64,000 nucleotides of DNA from an uncultured virus (IMG/VR IMGVR_UViG_3300022939_000006) (lineage: Duplodnaviria; Heunggongvirae; Uroviricota; Caudoviricetes): the IMG/VR virus record IMGVR_UViG_3300022939_000006, one strand, 5' to 3'. Numbering within the stretch: the stretch's first letter is position 1; each line of letters opens with the position of its first letter. The position numbers were made by a program, and so were the translations under genes. Below, in pieces: positions 9,801-19,441 of this stretch. The notes under the pieces are model-generated. The model saw only the letters and a program-made list of their open reading frames with translations. It had not been told where the DNA came from and made no database searches.

Positions 9801-11684
9801 ACTAGTAACGACGGTGAAGGTTGGAATCCAGCTACTACGTCAAATGGAAAATTTGTTGCAATAGCAAATGGAAACATTTTTGTTGCGAACGATGCAGGTG
9901 CAGGTGATTACAGTACAGACGGCGGCGCTACATGGGCAAACAGCGGTAGTTTTACATATACCGGTGTTGTAACAGATATAACTGGCAGACCAGATAATAA
10001 TACAATGTTAGCAACACTAGGAGGTGGCGGAACTACTACCGATCTTGCACGTTCTAGTGATGGTGGCCAATCATGGTCAACCGTTACACTTCCAACTTCA
10101 GATTTTTGGACTTGTACTGCCTACGGAAACGGAACTTGGGTAGCACTTGCAGGTACTGATAGTAATAGAAGCAACAACTATGTCTATTCAACAGATGATG
10201 GATCAAATTGGACAGCAGGTACGTTGCCAGCAACTAGCGCATGGAGCCATGTAACTTTTGCAAAAGACAGATTTGTAGCAATTACAAATAAAACAGATAG
10301 TTCAGTAGCAGAAACAGCAGTAAGCTATGATGGTATAACTTGGTACGAAGGATCTATGGAGCCAGGCGAATGGTCAGGCATTGCATGGAACAATGGTACA
10401 TTTTTATGTCCAAAAAGTGATACAGGCGCATCATCAGATGTTATTGCAGTAAGTAGAGACGGGTTTCATTGGACATCTAAACTAGTTGACTCTGCATTTG
10501 AAAAACGCGGAGGTGTTATTGCAACACAAAATGGAGTATGGATTATTCCTACTGCTACAGAAGCAAATGCTGTTAAAATTAATTACGGAACACCAGCTTT
10601 GGCTAGAGCGTCTGTTGCAAGTGGTAGAATAGGATCTTTTTACATACACGAGACAGGATCAAATTACACAGACACTCCAACTGTAACAGTTTTTGATAAT
10701 ACAAAAACATCAGATGTAACAGTTAATCCTAGGGTAGGCAATGGTGTGCTATCACAACCAGCTATAACTAATTTTGGTAGTAACTACTTTAGATCTAGTG
10801 CTACAGTCAGCGGTGACGGTTATGCAGATCTATTGCAAATTGCAGATGAATTAATAGTTACTGGAATCTCAAAACTTCCAGGACCTGGTGATAATATTAC
10901 CATAGGCGGCATTGACGATGTTACATATTTTGTTGTTAAAATTAAAGAATCTAGTGGAGGTGTAGGTAACTATAATCTAACACTTCAAATTAGTCCTAAT
11001 TTAGGTAGAGCAGAAGCTCCAACTCACGGAGAAAATGTTGTTATAAGACAAAAATACAGTCAAATTAGATTGACTGGACATGATTTCTTAGACATAGGTA
11101 CAGGTAACTTTGGAAGTACAAATTATCCAGGATTATATGTGTTTGGATACGATCCAGATGCAAATGCTGAACCAAAACAGTTCCAAGAAGTTGTACAATT
11201 CAACGGTGGTCGTGTGTTCTATACAAGTACAGACCAAGACGGTAACTTTAGAGTTGGTGAACTATTTGAAGTTGAACAGGCTACAGGTACAATTAGTATT
11301 AATGCGGCATTCTTTGAACTAGATGGTTTAGAAGAACTTAGACTAGGCGGTGTTGTACTAGGTGGTACAGGTGCTGTGGTTAGAGAATTTTCAACTGATC
11401 CAACCTTTGCGGCAAACAGTAATAACATTGTTCCAACACAAAAAGCTATTGCCGCATATGTACAATCTAGAGTATCATCAGGTGGATCTGATTTGAAAGT
11501 AAACAGACTTAATGCAGGTAATATTAGCTTCGAAGGCAATAAAATTTTCAAAGTACTAGGAGGTTCAATTAGTACTTTAGTACCTGTAAACTTTAAACAA
11601 GGAGTTGATGGTGAAATTGCGGCACAAGCATACTTTAGATTTGGTGGCGTTGGCGCAGTAGGCGGAAACTTTGTGGAAGAATAA
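6816..11684 (+). CDS. Large tail-fibre/appendage protein (CBM5/12-like repeats, beta-helix, Asp-box propeller)
   Basis: 1622 aa. N-terminal W..xxxYxxxD(V/I)VxYGG repeats. Asp-box motifs STDGGATW, SSDGGQSW, STDDGSNW, SYDGITW. Paralog of 11719..16791. Confidence 0.8.
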   Translation: MAEFRIDRLRFNWIGTWSAGTVYRKDDVVQYGGKVFVALANHTASADFNDDLDNFVAGVATPKWEQMLDGYEWKGEWQPETFYKVHDITKYRGIVYTCIDSHTSQATIALGLEFDQEKWKIFSKGPNYLVTWTANTYYKKNDLIKYGGSLYSCTQDHQSNDAVNGLEFDIDKWAIYNRSDNWKNIWTVNTRYVKDDIVRYGGNIYRCIVGHTSNSDIREGIGTDLGLDSSVAKWELVAEGIEYKGAWSGSQWYKTNDIVTYGSNLYRARRGMSGTDTFDDTDDWDIWLPGLGYENVWSDNEVYQPGDVVTYGGYSYIALTINIGSNPSAFDVQQDGVGADWEIITRGYNLRGEWDILVQYKPGDVVRKGGYLYEALLNILPVEQTEPGDPDNDTTASWRLITTAIAWKGEWKDSASEDSSFFQYYPGDVVMDESISYICKKQHYSNIIEARPKFDLQKNSPGPDYWSVYAGANETSVTNNVLRYKGDLRTYSVRDDGSTAGPSRLAIGTSGNVLKVDEDSTLKWANLGEINKVWYVAGQGEDIPENGRSQSTPFKTVKYALQYLQGNLLERTPATVFVATGAYKEILPIVIPKDVAVVGDELRSTTIMPADGYETSDMFYMHNGSGLRNCTLQGLNGTLGDPNDNLTRRPSAGAYVSLDPTAGDPSQDYAWIETKSPYVQNVTTFGTGCIGMKVDGDLHNGGNKSIVANDFTQILSDGIGYWANGEGKSELVSVFTYYCHIGYLSTDGGKVRALNGNNSYGEYGCVAEGYDINETPITGSVDNRSKQAQIAFTYTNKDKVFGVAYTNAGEAYTSATLNIAGNGTGFASTLDSDIRDGAITEIFVTEEDSNFIGGSNYTFLANKAQIGTTTTLTLSGADDQDDPNKYIGQRLFIYDGKGTGQYGRITGLNTTNKIVTVAKESNGEPGWEHVSGRPIEASLNDTTRYYIEPRVDISPPNYTTGTVSLGSSDTWTDCASGTYNSSPIYVATANEGTVVTSNDGEGWNPATTSNGKFVAIANGNIFVANDAGAGDYSTDGGATWANSGSFTYTGVVTDITGRPDNNTMLATLGGGGTTTDLARSSDGGQSWSTVTLPTSDFWTCTAYGNGTWVALAGTDSNRSNNYVYSTDDGSNWTAGTLPATSAWSHVTFAKDRFVAITNKTDSSVAETAVSYDGITWYEGSMEPGEWSGIAWNNGTFLCPKSDTGASSDVIAVSRDGFHWTSKLVDSAFEKRGGVIATQNGVWIIPTATEANAVKINYGTPALARASVASGRIGSFYIHETGSNYTDTPTVTVFDNTKTSDVTVNPRVGNGVLSQPAITNFGSNYFRSSATVSGDGYADLLQIADELIVTGISKLPGPGDNITIGGIDDVTYFVVKIKESSGGVGNYNLTLQISPNLGRAEAPTHGENVVIRQKYSQIRLTGHDFLDIGTGNFGSTNYPGLYVFGYDPDANAEPKQFQEVVQFNGGRVFYTSTDQDGNFRVGELFEVEQATGTISINAAFFELDGLEELRLGGVVLGGTGAVVREFSTDPTFAANSNNIVPTQKAIAAYVQSRVSSGGSDLKVNRLNAGNISFEGNKIFKVLGGSISTLVPVNFKQGVDGEIAAQAYFRFGGVGAVGGNFVEE

Positions 11685-11689
11685 GATAT

Positions 11690-11697
11690 GATAAATA
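11690..11697 (+). promoter_or_regulatory. Late promoter-like GATAAATA
   Basis: Intergenic, upstream of SD GGAG and ATG 11719. Confidence 0.6.
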
Positions 11698-11718
11698 TAA
11701 CATACACTGGAGTAATCA

Positions 11719-14700
11719 ATGGCTGAATTTAAACTTGGTAGAATACGTTTTATATGGAAGGACGAATGGTCTGAAAGTACAACTTATTACAAAGACGATG
11801 TAATAAGATATGGCGGTAGAACGTTTATGTGTGTTGTAGGACACATTTCGCAGACTGACTTTATGTTGGATCTAAATGATGCAACACCTAAGTGGCAACA
11901 GTTTGCAGACGGTCAAACATGGAGAGGCGATTGGGCTCCACAAACAGTTTATAAAATTAATGATATTGTAAAATATGGCGGTCAGTTATATATTGCAAAC
12001 ACAGGACATATTTCAGACACAGATACTATTGGTGGATTAGAAAGTAATTTAGGAGATGACAGTACTTCAGCCTACTGGGATCTATTTGGAGAAGGTTTTG
12101 ATTACAAAGGTGACTGGACAAACGCAACTAGATATAAAGTTAACGATATTGTAAAATATGGTTCTAGAGTTTACATATGTACAGTTTATCATGTTAGTGC
12201 GGCTGATATAGTTACTGGTTTAGAAGTTGATCAAGCTAAATGGGATGTTATTAGTGATGGTTTTGCTTGGAAAGCAGATTGGACAATTAATACAAGATAT
12301 AAAGTTGGCGATTTAGTTAAGTACGGCGGTCAGGTATATAATTGTAATCAAGGACATACGTCTGCCGCAACTGCAACATTAGGACTTGAAGCTGATCAGT
12401 CTAAATGGGATTACTATCACAAAGGAATTGAATACAAAGGTGATTGGACAAGTGCAACACGCTATAAAATTAATGACGTTGTAAAAGATTCAGGAACAAT
12501 TTGGATTTGTACAACTTATCATACATCTAGTGTGTCTCCAAATTTAACAGCCGATGAGGCAAATTGGGCCGTGTTTGTTCCAGGATTAGAATTCGAGGAC
12601 ACTTGGGGTCCTTATTCAAATTATCAAATTGGTGATATTGTAACATACGGTGGTTACACTTATATTGCTAAAACAAATAACTCACAACAAAAACCAGCAG
12701 AACAACCTACACACTGGGATGTTTTCATTACAGGATTTAATCTCCGCGGAGATTGGGGTGATGATTCTACTAGCCAAGATTACAGAACAGGTGACGTTGT
12801 AAGACTCGGAGGTTGGACATATCTTGCAATAGCAAATTCAAACGGCATCAAACCACCTAATACTACATATTGGGAAAAATTAAATGAAGGTGCAAGTTGG
12901 AAAGATACTTGGACAGATGCTACTGATTATAACAAAGGTGACGTAGTGCAACAAGGTGTAAATTCTTACATCTGTGTTCTTGAACATACATCAAGCAATA
13001 GTGTTAATGATCCTGCTACAGATGTTGCAGGCACTTATTGGAATTTCTTTAGTGGCGGTGCAGAATCAGGAAATTTAACTACAGCAGGTGATATTGTTTA
13101 TTATGGAGGCTCTGGTCCAGTTAGGTTACCAGCAGGAAGTCCAGGACAAGTTTTAAAAGTAAATGATGCAGGTGATGCACCAGAATGGACAAGTTTTGGT
13201 TCGATTAATCATGTATACTATGTTGACACACAAAGTGGAGTTGACAATAGAACACCTGATAGAGGTATTACGTTAGATAGACCATTCAAAACAGTAAGAT
13301 TTGCTTGTGAACAAATTGAATTAGGATCTGCAAATGCTGATGATAGATATCTAATGGAAGTAAATAGAGCATTTATACAGGCAGAGACAGTAGAATGGGT
13401 TGACTATCAAATAGCAAATGCCATTGCACCTTTTACTGGTGCATTTACATACAATAAAGATAAGTGTCGTAGAGATACAGGTATTATTGTTGATGCAATA
13501 GCATGGGACATCAGTCATGGTGGTAATGTTAGATCAAGAGAATCAGCATTATCTTACTTTACTACAGGTGGTTTAAGTTATATTAGCGGACAAGAAGCTG
13601 AAACAGTAGCGGCTTTACAATATGCAGAAACTGTTATTCAAAATGTTTTAGAAAAAACTGACCCTACTAACAATTACCAAACATTAAATTCTGTTGCAAG
13701 TCCTATTACACAGGTTAAACCAACAGGATATACTACAAATAATATAGATACTGTTGTAGCTAATTTGTTTGATATTATTACAGATGCAATTACAGCAGGA
13801 AATACAAATAATGTTCCAGCAGAACTTAAAGCAAACAAAACAATTTTTGTAAAAACTGGACAATACAACGAAGTACTTCCGATTATAGTACCTGAAGATA
13901 CTGCGGTTGTAGGAGACGAATTACGTTCAACTAAAATATCTCCAGCAGGTAGTTTAGTAGCGGGTAGTGATGTTGCCTATAGTTTAGCATCGATAGCAAG
14001 AATAAGAGATATTGCTAGTGATATTGTAACAAACGTTTCCATTACAAAATCAGCAGGCAACGCAGAAACACAAGTTACTTCAAGACCTGCAGGTAGTGCA
14101 GGAGCAGGCACAGCGGCGGCGGCGTTATTCCAAGAAATTTATGATTATATTGATTGGGCAATCAATGGTGCGACAGGAGATTCTACAGAACCAACTAAAC
14201 GTGGTTCAAATACTCCTGAAACGTCTACAGATTACACATATGCTATTGAAGTACTTGAACAAAACAAAGATTTTATAGTAGCAGAAGTACATGCTTATAT
14301 TGCTGTAACATATCCAGCTTATACATACGATATTGCGGCATGTTCTAGAGATGTAAGAGCATACATTGATGCAGTCAAATTTGATTTGAAATACACTGGT
14401 AACTATAAATCATTACTTGCGGCACTTTATTATACAAACAGTGTAGGCGGTAGTACATTAAATGATGTTTTCTTTATGAGAAATGCTACAGGACTTAGAA
14501 ACTGTACACTAACAGGACTTGTTGGTAACCTTTCAGTAGCAAATGCTTACGGTACAAAACGCCCAACAGCAGGTGCTTATGTGTCACTTGACCCAGGTTG
14601 GGGTCCAACACACGAAGCAGTATGGATTAAAAACAAATCACCTTATGTACAAAACGTATCAACTTTTGGTACAGCATGTATTGGAATGAAAGTTGATGGA

Positions 14701-16791
14701 AACTTACACGACGGTGGTAATGACTCAATTGTTGCTAACGACTTTACACAAATTCTAAGTGATGGTATTGGTTACTGGGTAACAAATCTAGGACGTTCAG
14801 AACTTGTTTCAGTGTTTACATACTACTGTCATATCGGTTATCTAGCAGAAGAAGGTGGTAAAATACGTGCTACAAATGGTAACAATTCTTATGGTGACTT
14901 TGGTTCAGTAGCAGAAGGTATTGATCAAACTGAAGTTCCTATTTTAGGTGAAGTTGACAACCAACAATTAGAAGCACAAATAGCTTTTGTACAAACCGAC
15001 GGTGCTAATGAAATTTTACAATTAGAATATTTGAATGCTGGTACTGGTTATACAGATACAAGTACAGCAATCGTAAGTATAACAAACATAGGCGGTACTG
15101 ATAATCTTAGAACACCTGGAACATACAAAGGTATAGTAGGTTCTAGTGCAGGATCTGGTACTGGACAAGAATTTGATGTTACAGTAGGTAATGTTGGTGA
15201 AATAGAATTACTTACAATTATCAAAGGCGGTACAGGACATGCTCCAACAGATACTATTACTATTTCAGATAGTCTTTTAGGAGGCGGCGGAGCGGCTGAC
15301 TTAACATTTGATGTTGATACCATAGGAGCGGCAACTAGATATACACTAGCTGGTGAAGGTTTTGGAGCGGCAGTAAGTGGTGTTACAGTTAGAAATGGTG
15401 GTGTATTTGAAGTACAACTTGAAGAAGATTCAACAGTGTACGGTGGAGATGGTTTTGTAACTACTGCATCAAATGCACAAGCAGGTAATACAACGCAAAT
15501 TACACTAGCGGCAACTGATGTACAACCTACAGGAGCATACAACGGAATGATGATCTATCTAGTCAGTGGACTAGGTGCAGGTCAATACGGTGTAATTGAT
15601 ACTTTTGATGCGGCAACAAAAATTGCTACTATAACAAAAGAATCAGATGGTACACCGGGATGGGAACATATTATTGGTAACGCTATTGAAGCAACACTTG
15701 ATGCAACATCTGCATATGATATTACACCAAGAGTAATTTTTGATGCTCCATCTAGCGGTACAAGAGCAAGAGGTCGTGCAAGAGTTGCAGACGAAAAAGT
15801 TGTTGAAGTCAAAATAATCGAACCAGGAAGTGGATATAGTTCACCTCCACAAATGACTATTATTGATCCAAATTCTACAGTTCTTGTTCCTCACACTGTA
15901 AGAATAGGAAACGGAGTTTTAGGACAGCCTACATTCTCTAACAGAGGTACAGGATTTGTTACAGCAAGTGCAGAAGTTGTTGGTGACGGTTTTGCAGATA
16001 TTAGACAATTAGGAACAAAAATAAGAGTTGATAATTTAGGTAGTATACCACAAAAAGGTGCAAATGTTGAATTTGCAAGTTTACCTAACAGATGGTTTAA
16101 ACTAGTGTCAATTACAAACTTAACAGGTAATAGTCCTTATCAAGCTCTACTACAAATTAGTCCTGCATTAGAAGCAGACGAAAGACCACCACATCAAGAT
16201 CAAATTACAATTAGACGTAGATATTCACAAGTTCGTTTAACTGGACACGATTTCCTTGATATTGGTACTGGTAACTTTACACAAACAAATTATCCAGGAG
16301 ATCCATTATCAGCTCCTCAACCTGATAGAGAAACTAATGATTTCGGTGGAGGAAGAGTATTCTATACATCCACTGACCAAGATGGTAACTTTAGAGTTGG
16401 TGGATTGTTTAATGTTGAACAGGCAACTGGTATTGCAACATTGAACGTTGAAGCGTTTAACATTTCAGGTTTGAACGAGCTACAACTGGGTAGTGTGGCA
16501 CTTGGTGGAGCAGGAGCAGTAATTACTGAATTTAGCACTGACGGAACGTTTAGTGCAGACTCGGACAGTATTGTTCCTACACAAAAGGCTATTAAAACTT
16601 ACATCACATCACAAATTGGTGGTGGTGTTGCTACATTGAATGTGAACAGTGTAACAGCAGGTGTGGTTGAAATTACAGGAGATCAAATTTCAACAACGTC
16701 CGGCGGTAAGATAAATATAGAAAACACAGTAAACTTTAAAGGCGGCATAGATGGTGCACCAGTAGCACTACAAATGTTCCTACTAAACTAA
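11719..16791 (+). CDS. Large tail-fibre/appendage protein, paralog of 6816..11684
   Basis: 1690 aa. Shares the MAEF(K/R)..R.RF.W start and the KSPYVQNV.TFGT.CIGMKVDG, SIVANDFTQILSDGIGYW and RLTGHDFLDIGTGNF blocks. Has extra YN.DKC.RD helical inserts. Confidence 0.8.
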   Translation: MAEFKLGRIRFIWKDEWSESTTYYKDDVIRYGGRTFMCVVGHISQTDFMLDLNDATPKWQQFADGQTWRGDWAPQTVYKINDIVKYGGQLYIANTGHISDTDTIGGLESNLGDDSTSAYWDLFGEGFDYKGDWTNATRYKVNDIVKYGSRVYICTVYHVSAADIVTGLEVDQAKWDVISDGFAWKADWTINTRYKVGDLVKYGGQVYNCNQGHTSAATATLGLEADQSKWDYYHKGIEYKGDWTSATRYKINDVVKDSGTIWICTTYHTSSVSPNLTADEANWAVFVPGLEFEDTWGPYSNYQIGDIVTYGGYTYIAKTNNSQQKPAEQPTHWDVFITGFNLRGDWGDDSTSQDYRTGDVVRLGGWTYLAIANSNGIKPPNTTYWEKLNEGASWKDTWTDATDYNKGDVVQQGVNSYICVLEHTSSNSVNDPATDVAGTYWNFFSGGAESGNLTTAGDIVYYGGSGPVRLPAGSPGQVLKVNDAGDAPEWTSFGSINHVYYVDTQSGVDNRTPDRGITLDRPFKTVRFACEQIELGSANADDRYLMEVNRAFIQAETVEWVDYQIANAIAPFTGAFTYNKDKCRRDTGIIVDAIAWDISHGGNVRSRESALSYFTTGGLSYISGQEAETVAALQYAETVIQNVLEKTDPTNNYQTLNSVASPITQVKPTGYTTNNIDTVVANLFDIITDAITAGNTNNVPAELKANKTIFVKTGQYNEVLPIIVPEDTAVVGDELRSTKISPAGSLVAGSDVAYSLASIARIRDIASDIVTNVSITKSAGNAETQVTSRPAGSAGAGTAAAALFQEIYDYIDWAINGATGDSTEPTKRGSNTPETSTDYTYAIEVLEQNKDFIVAEVHAYIAVTYPAYTYDIAACSRDVRAYIDAVKFDLKYTGNYKSLLAALYYTNSVGGSTLNDVFFMRNATGLRNCTLTGLVGNLSVANAYGTKRPTAGAYVSLDPGWGPTHEAVWIKNKSPYVQNVSTFGTACIGMKVDGNLHDGGNDSIVANDFTQILSDGIGYWVTNLGRSELVSVFTYYCHIGYLAEEGGKIRATNGNNSYGDFGSVAEGIDQTEVPILGEVDNQQLEAQIAFVQTDGANEILQLEYLNAGTGYTDTSTAIVSITNIGGTDNLRTPGTYKGIVGSSAGSGTGQEFDVTVGNVGEIELLTIIKGGTGHAPTDTITISDSLLGGGGAADLTFDVDTIGAATRYTLAGEGFGAAVSGVTVRNGGVFEVQLEEDSTVYGGDGFVTTASNAQAGNTTQITLAATDVQPTGAYNGMMIYLVSGLGAGQYGVIDTFDAATKIATITKESDGTPGWEHIIGNAIEATLDATSAYDITPRVIFDAPSSGTRARGRARVADEKVVEVKIIEPGSGYSSPPQMTIIDPNSTVLVPHTVRIGNGVLGQPTFSNRGTGFVTASAEVVGDGFADIRQLGTKIRVDNLGSIPQKGANVEFASLPNRWFKLVSITNLTGNSPYQALLQISPALEADERPPHQDQITIRRRYSQVRLTGHDFLDIGTGNFTQTNYPGDPLSAPQPDRETNDFGGGRVFYTSTDQDGNFRVGGLFNVEQATGIATLNVEAFNISGLNELQLGSVALGGAGAVITEFSTDGTFSADSDSIVPTQKAIKTYITSQIGGGVATLNVNSVTAGVVEITGDQISTTSGGKINIENTVNFKGGIDGAPVALQMFLLN

Positions 16792-16804
16792 CGGAGACAA
16801 AAAA

Positions 16805-17125
16805 ATGGCAACAGGAAGAATAGGAGCGGCGGATTTAGCAAGTGGTACAAATACTACCGTATATACGTGTCCAGCAGATACGTATACTGTAGCAAGTGTT
16901 AACATCTGCAATAGAGGTAACCAAGCTACCGCTGTAAGAGTGGCTGTAGCGGCCGCTGATGTTCCAATAAACAGCGAATATATAGAATATAACACTGAAA
17001 TATTATCAAAAGGTGTTTTAGAACGTACAGGTATAGTACTAGCGGCTGGGCAAAAAATTGTAGTTTATAGCTCAAGCGCAAATATATCGGCAGTAGCTAT
17101 GGGGATAGAAACCTCAACGGCATAA
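16805..17125 (+). CDS. Small virion structural/fibre-adaptor protein
   Basis: 106 aa with SD GGAG. GATAAATA at 16710 upstream. Resembles 5744..6073. Confidence 0.6.
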   Translation: MATGRIGAADLASGTNTTVYTCPADTYTVASVNICNRGNQATAVRVAVAAADVPINSEYIEYNTEILSKGVLERTGIVLAAGQKIVVYSSSANISAVAMGIETSTA

Positions 17126-17149
17126 ATACAATAGGAGAAGGATAAAACC

Positions 17150-17482
17150 ATGGGAAGATACATAACAACAACTGGTACTGCTGGGGTTACTACCAAGACA
17201 GTCAGTGGAAGCGTAGACGCTGTAGTTAATGACAGACTTTTAGTTGATACATCAGGCGGCGCTTATACAGTCACGTTACCGGCAAACGCAACTTTACTTG
17301 TTGATGACACAATACAAATTATTGATATTGCAAACAACGCGGCAAGTAATAATATTACTGTTGCTCGTAACGGAAGTGAAATTAACGACGCGGCAGACAA
17401 TCTAACAATTGATGTTAACGGTGCTATTGTAACTTTGATTTACAGTGGATCAACATACGGTTGGATCGTTGGCGCAGTATAA
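17150..17482 (+). CDS. Short tail-fibre hinge/connector-like protein
   Basis: VNDRLLVDTSGGAYTVTLPA...DTIQIID...NNITVARNG...GW resembles T4 gp34-type proximal fibre repeats. CATAAATA at 17121. Confidence 0.6.
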   Translation: MGRYITTTGTAGVTTKTVSGSVDAVVNDRLLVDTSGGAYTVTLPANATLLVDDTIQIIDIANNAASNNITVARNGSEINDAADNLTIDVNGAIVTLIYSGSTYGWIVGAV

Positions 17483-17504
17483 TAGATAGTAAAGGAAAGT
17501 AGAT

Positions 17505-18461
17505 ATGGCATCATTAGAAGCGTTATTAAAAGCTAAGATACCCGCAGGTACAGAAGACAACCTTGAAACGGGGCGTATCTACAGTTTTACTGAGGGTAAC
17601 ACTTATACAAAATTTTGTAAACAAATTTGTTGGTGTCCAAATAGTAATGGTACAGCAATAATTGAAATTTGGGGTGCTGGTGGTTCCGGTGCAAAAATGT
17701 GTTGTTGCGGTGGAGGAATTCCAGGTAATTCAGGATCATATTCAAGAAAAGAAATTTCTATGAGTTCGAGCAATACTATTACGGGTTGTACAGGATTTGC
17801 TTGTGGTAATTCTGATGCACTATGTTTTAGAGGTTGTTCAGAACCTACAATGATTTGTTGGTTTAGTACAACTAGTAATGGTTGTATGTGTGCTAGAGGT
17901 GGTAAAGGTGGTGTAAGTATTTGTTCAACGTCTCCGAGCATGTACTGTTGCTTTAGAGCAAACGGATTTTGTTACACTAACACAGGACCAAACTGCGGAA
18001 CAATTTGTAATCAGTGTACAGGACAATGGGACGCTATTGCATATGGCGGTGATATTAACAGATGCGGAAATATAGGGTGTATGGGATTCCATGGTTGCTA
18101 TCCACAATGTATTTGTCTGTTTAGATCATTTGTTGCATTTCCTCCGGGCATGATTGCAGAATGTGGTGGATTTGTATCCTACGGAATGGCAGGTGATTCA
18201 GCTCACGCTCGTTGGTCAGGAGGTGGTCAACTAGAAGCTATTGCAATGATTAACGGAGCAGGTAAATCACCAGGACACGGTATTCCTTGGAAGGGTTGTT
18301 ATAGAAGTGATACAAGCTGTGGCTGTTACAATACAAACGGATGTATGAGTACATTGCCATACGGTGTTGGTGGTCCTGGACCTCAACCATGCCCAGGTGT
18401 GAGAGATCATGCTACCAGAGGTGGTATGGGAGCATTAAGAATTAAGTTTATAGAATCGTAG
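17505..18461 (+). CDS. Cys/Gly-rich putative fibre-tip (adhesin-like) protein A
   Basis: 318 aa with 31 Cys (counted). IEIWGAGGSG...GNSGSY and a C-terminal GGMGALRIKF give a Gly-rich adhesin-like frame. Confidence 0.6.
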   Translation: MASLEALLKAKIPAGTEDNLETGRIYSFTEGNTYTKFCKQICWCPNSNGTAIIEIWGAGGSGAKMCCCGGGIPGNSGSYSRKEISMSSSNTITGCTGFACGNSDALCFRGCSEPTMICWFSTTSNGCMCARGGKGGVSICSTSPSMYCCFRANGFCYTNTGPNCGTICNQCTGQWDAIAYGGDINRCGNIGCMGFHGCYPQCICLFRSFVAFPPGMIAECGGFVSYGMAGDSAHARWSGGGQLEAIAMINGAGKSPGHGIPWKGCYRSDTSCGCYNTNGCMSTLPYGVGGPGPQPCPGVRDHATRGGMGALRIKFIES

Positions 18462-18470
18462 AGGTAAGAA

Positions 18471-19427
18471 ATGGCAAGTTTAAAAAGTATTTTAGTATCC
18501 AGAAGTGGAACAAGTCAAGAAGAAAACATCGAAAAAGGAAAGGTGTTTGCTTATTCAACGGTTGCTTCTTATACTACATACCCAGGATGTTTTTGTTGGA
18601 TTTCTCCAGGAACAGGTGACGTAGAAATTGAAGTTATTGGTGCAGGCGGATCAGGATCTAGAATGTGCTGTTGTTCAGCAACCATTTCAGGAAACTCAGG
18701 TGCATATGCCAAAAAAGCAATTACAGTAGCGGCAGGATGCTGGATTTGTGGACATGCTGGAAAGAGTTGTAGAAATAATTCACTTTGCCATAGAGGATGT
18801 TCAGAACCTGGCAGGGTATGTTGGCAAGGTAACAGCGGATCAAATGGCTGTATGTGTGCTCAAGGCGGTTGGTCAGGAGCAAGTTGGTGTACAACTGGTA
18901 CAGCACGTAGATGCTGTTTTGCGGCAAACTCATGGTGTAATACATCATACAACGGTTACTGCGGTATTGTTTGTAACAGATGTACAAATAGTTGGTGTAA
19001 CCAGGCTTACGGTGGAGATGTAAACAGAGATGGCGTACTTAGTTGTGTAACATTTTGGCACTGCTATCCAAACTGTAACTGTTCAACTATTCATCATACT
19101 GCACTTCCTCCAGGAATGTTTAGTGAGTGCGGCGGTGTAGCATCATATTCAATGGACAGTGATAATGGACACGCTCAATGGTCCGGTATGGCACTTAATG
19201 GCTATATCAATGCACTAAATAGTTTGTCGAGAATGCCAGGTTCAGGTACTTTATGGTCTGAATGTTGGGATGGAAACAGACAGTGTCAGTGTTATGACAC
19301 ACAAGGTTGTTCAATGTTTGTACCACACGGTTCAGGTGGTCCAGCGGCGAGTCCATGTAGCGGTGTTCGCGACAATGGTTGGGCAGGCGGCGATGCCTTA
19401 ATTAGAATCAAATATGTAGAAAGTTAA
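18471..19427 (+). CDS. Cys/Gly-rich putative fibre-tip protein B (paralog of A)
   Basis: 318 aa with 31 Cys. Colinear with A: MCCC, RGCSEP, NGCMCA, AYGGD.NR, PPGM..ECGG, PC.GVRD. Confidence 0.6.
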   Translation: MASLKSILVSRSGTSQEENIEKGKVFAYSTVASYTTYPGCFCWISPGTGDVEIEVIGAGGSGSRMCCCSATISGNSGAYAKKAITVAAGCWICGHAGKSCRNNSLCHRGCSEPGRVCWQGNSGSNGCMCAQGGWSGASWCTTGTARRCCFAANSWCNTSYNGYCGIVCNRCTNSWCNQAYGGDVNRDGVLSCVTFWHCYPNCNCSTIHHTALPPGMFSECGGVASYSMDSDNGHAQWSGMALNGYINALNSLSRMPGSGTLWSECWDGNRQCQCYDTQGCSMFVPHGSGGPAASPCSGVRDNGWAGGDALIRIKYVES

Positions 19428-19441
19428 ATGGAGATAGAGAA

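Noticed and set aside
17505..19427. Diversity-generating retroelement (TR/VR) or selenoprotein explanation for the Cys-rich pair
   Set aside because: No reverse transcriptase in the window, differences are not adenine-specific, and there is no in-frame TGA.
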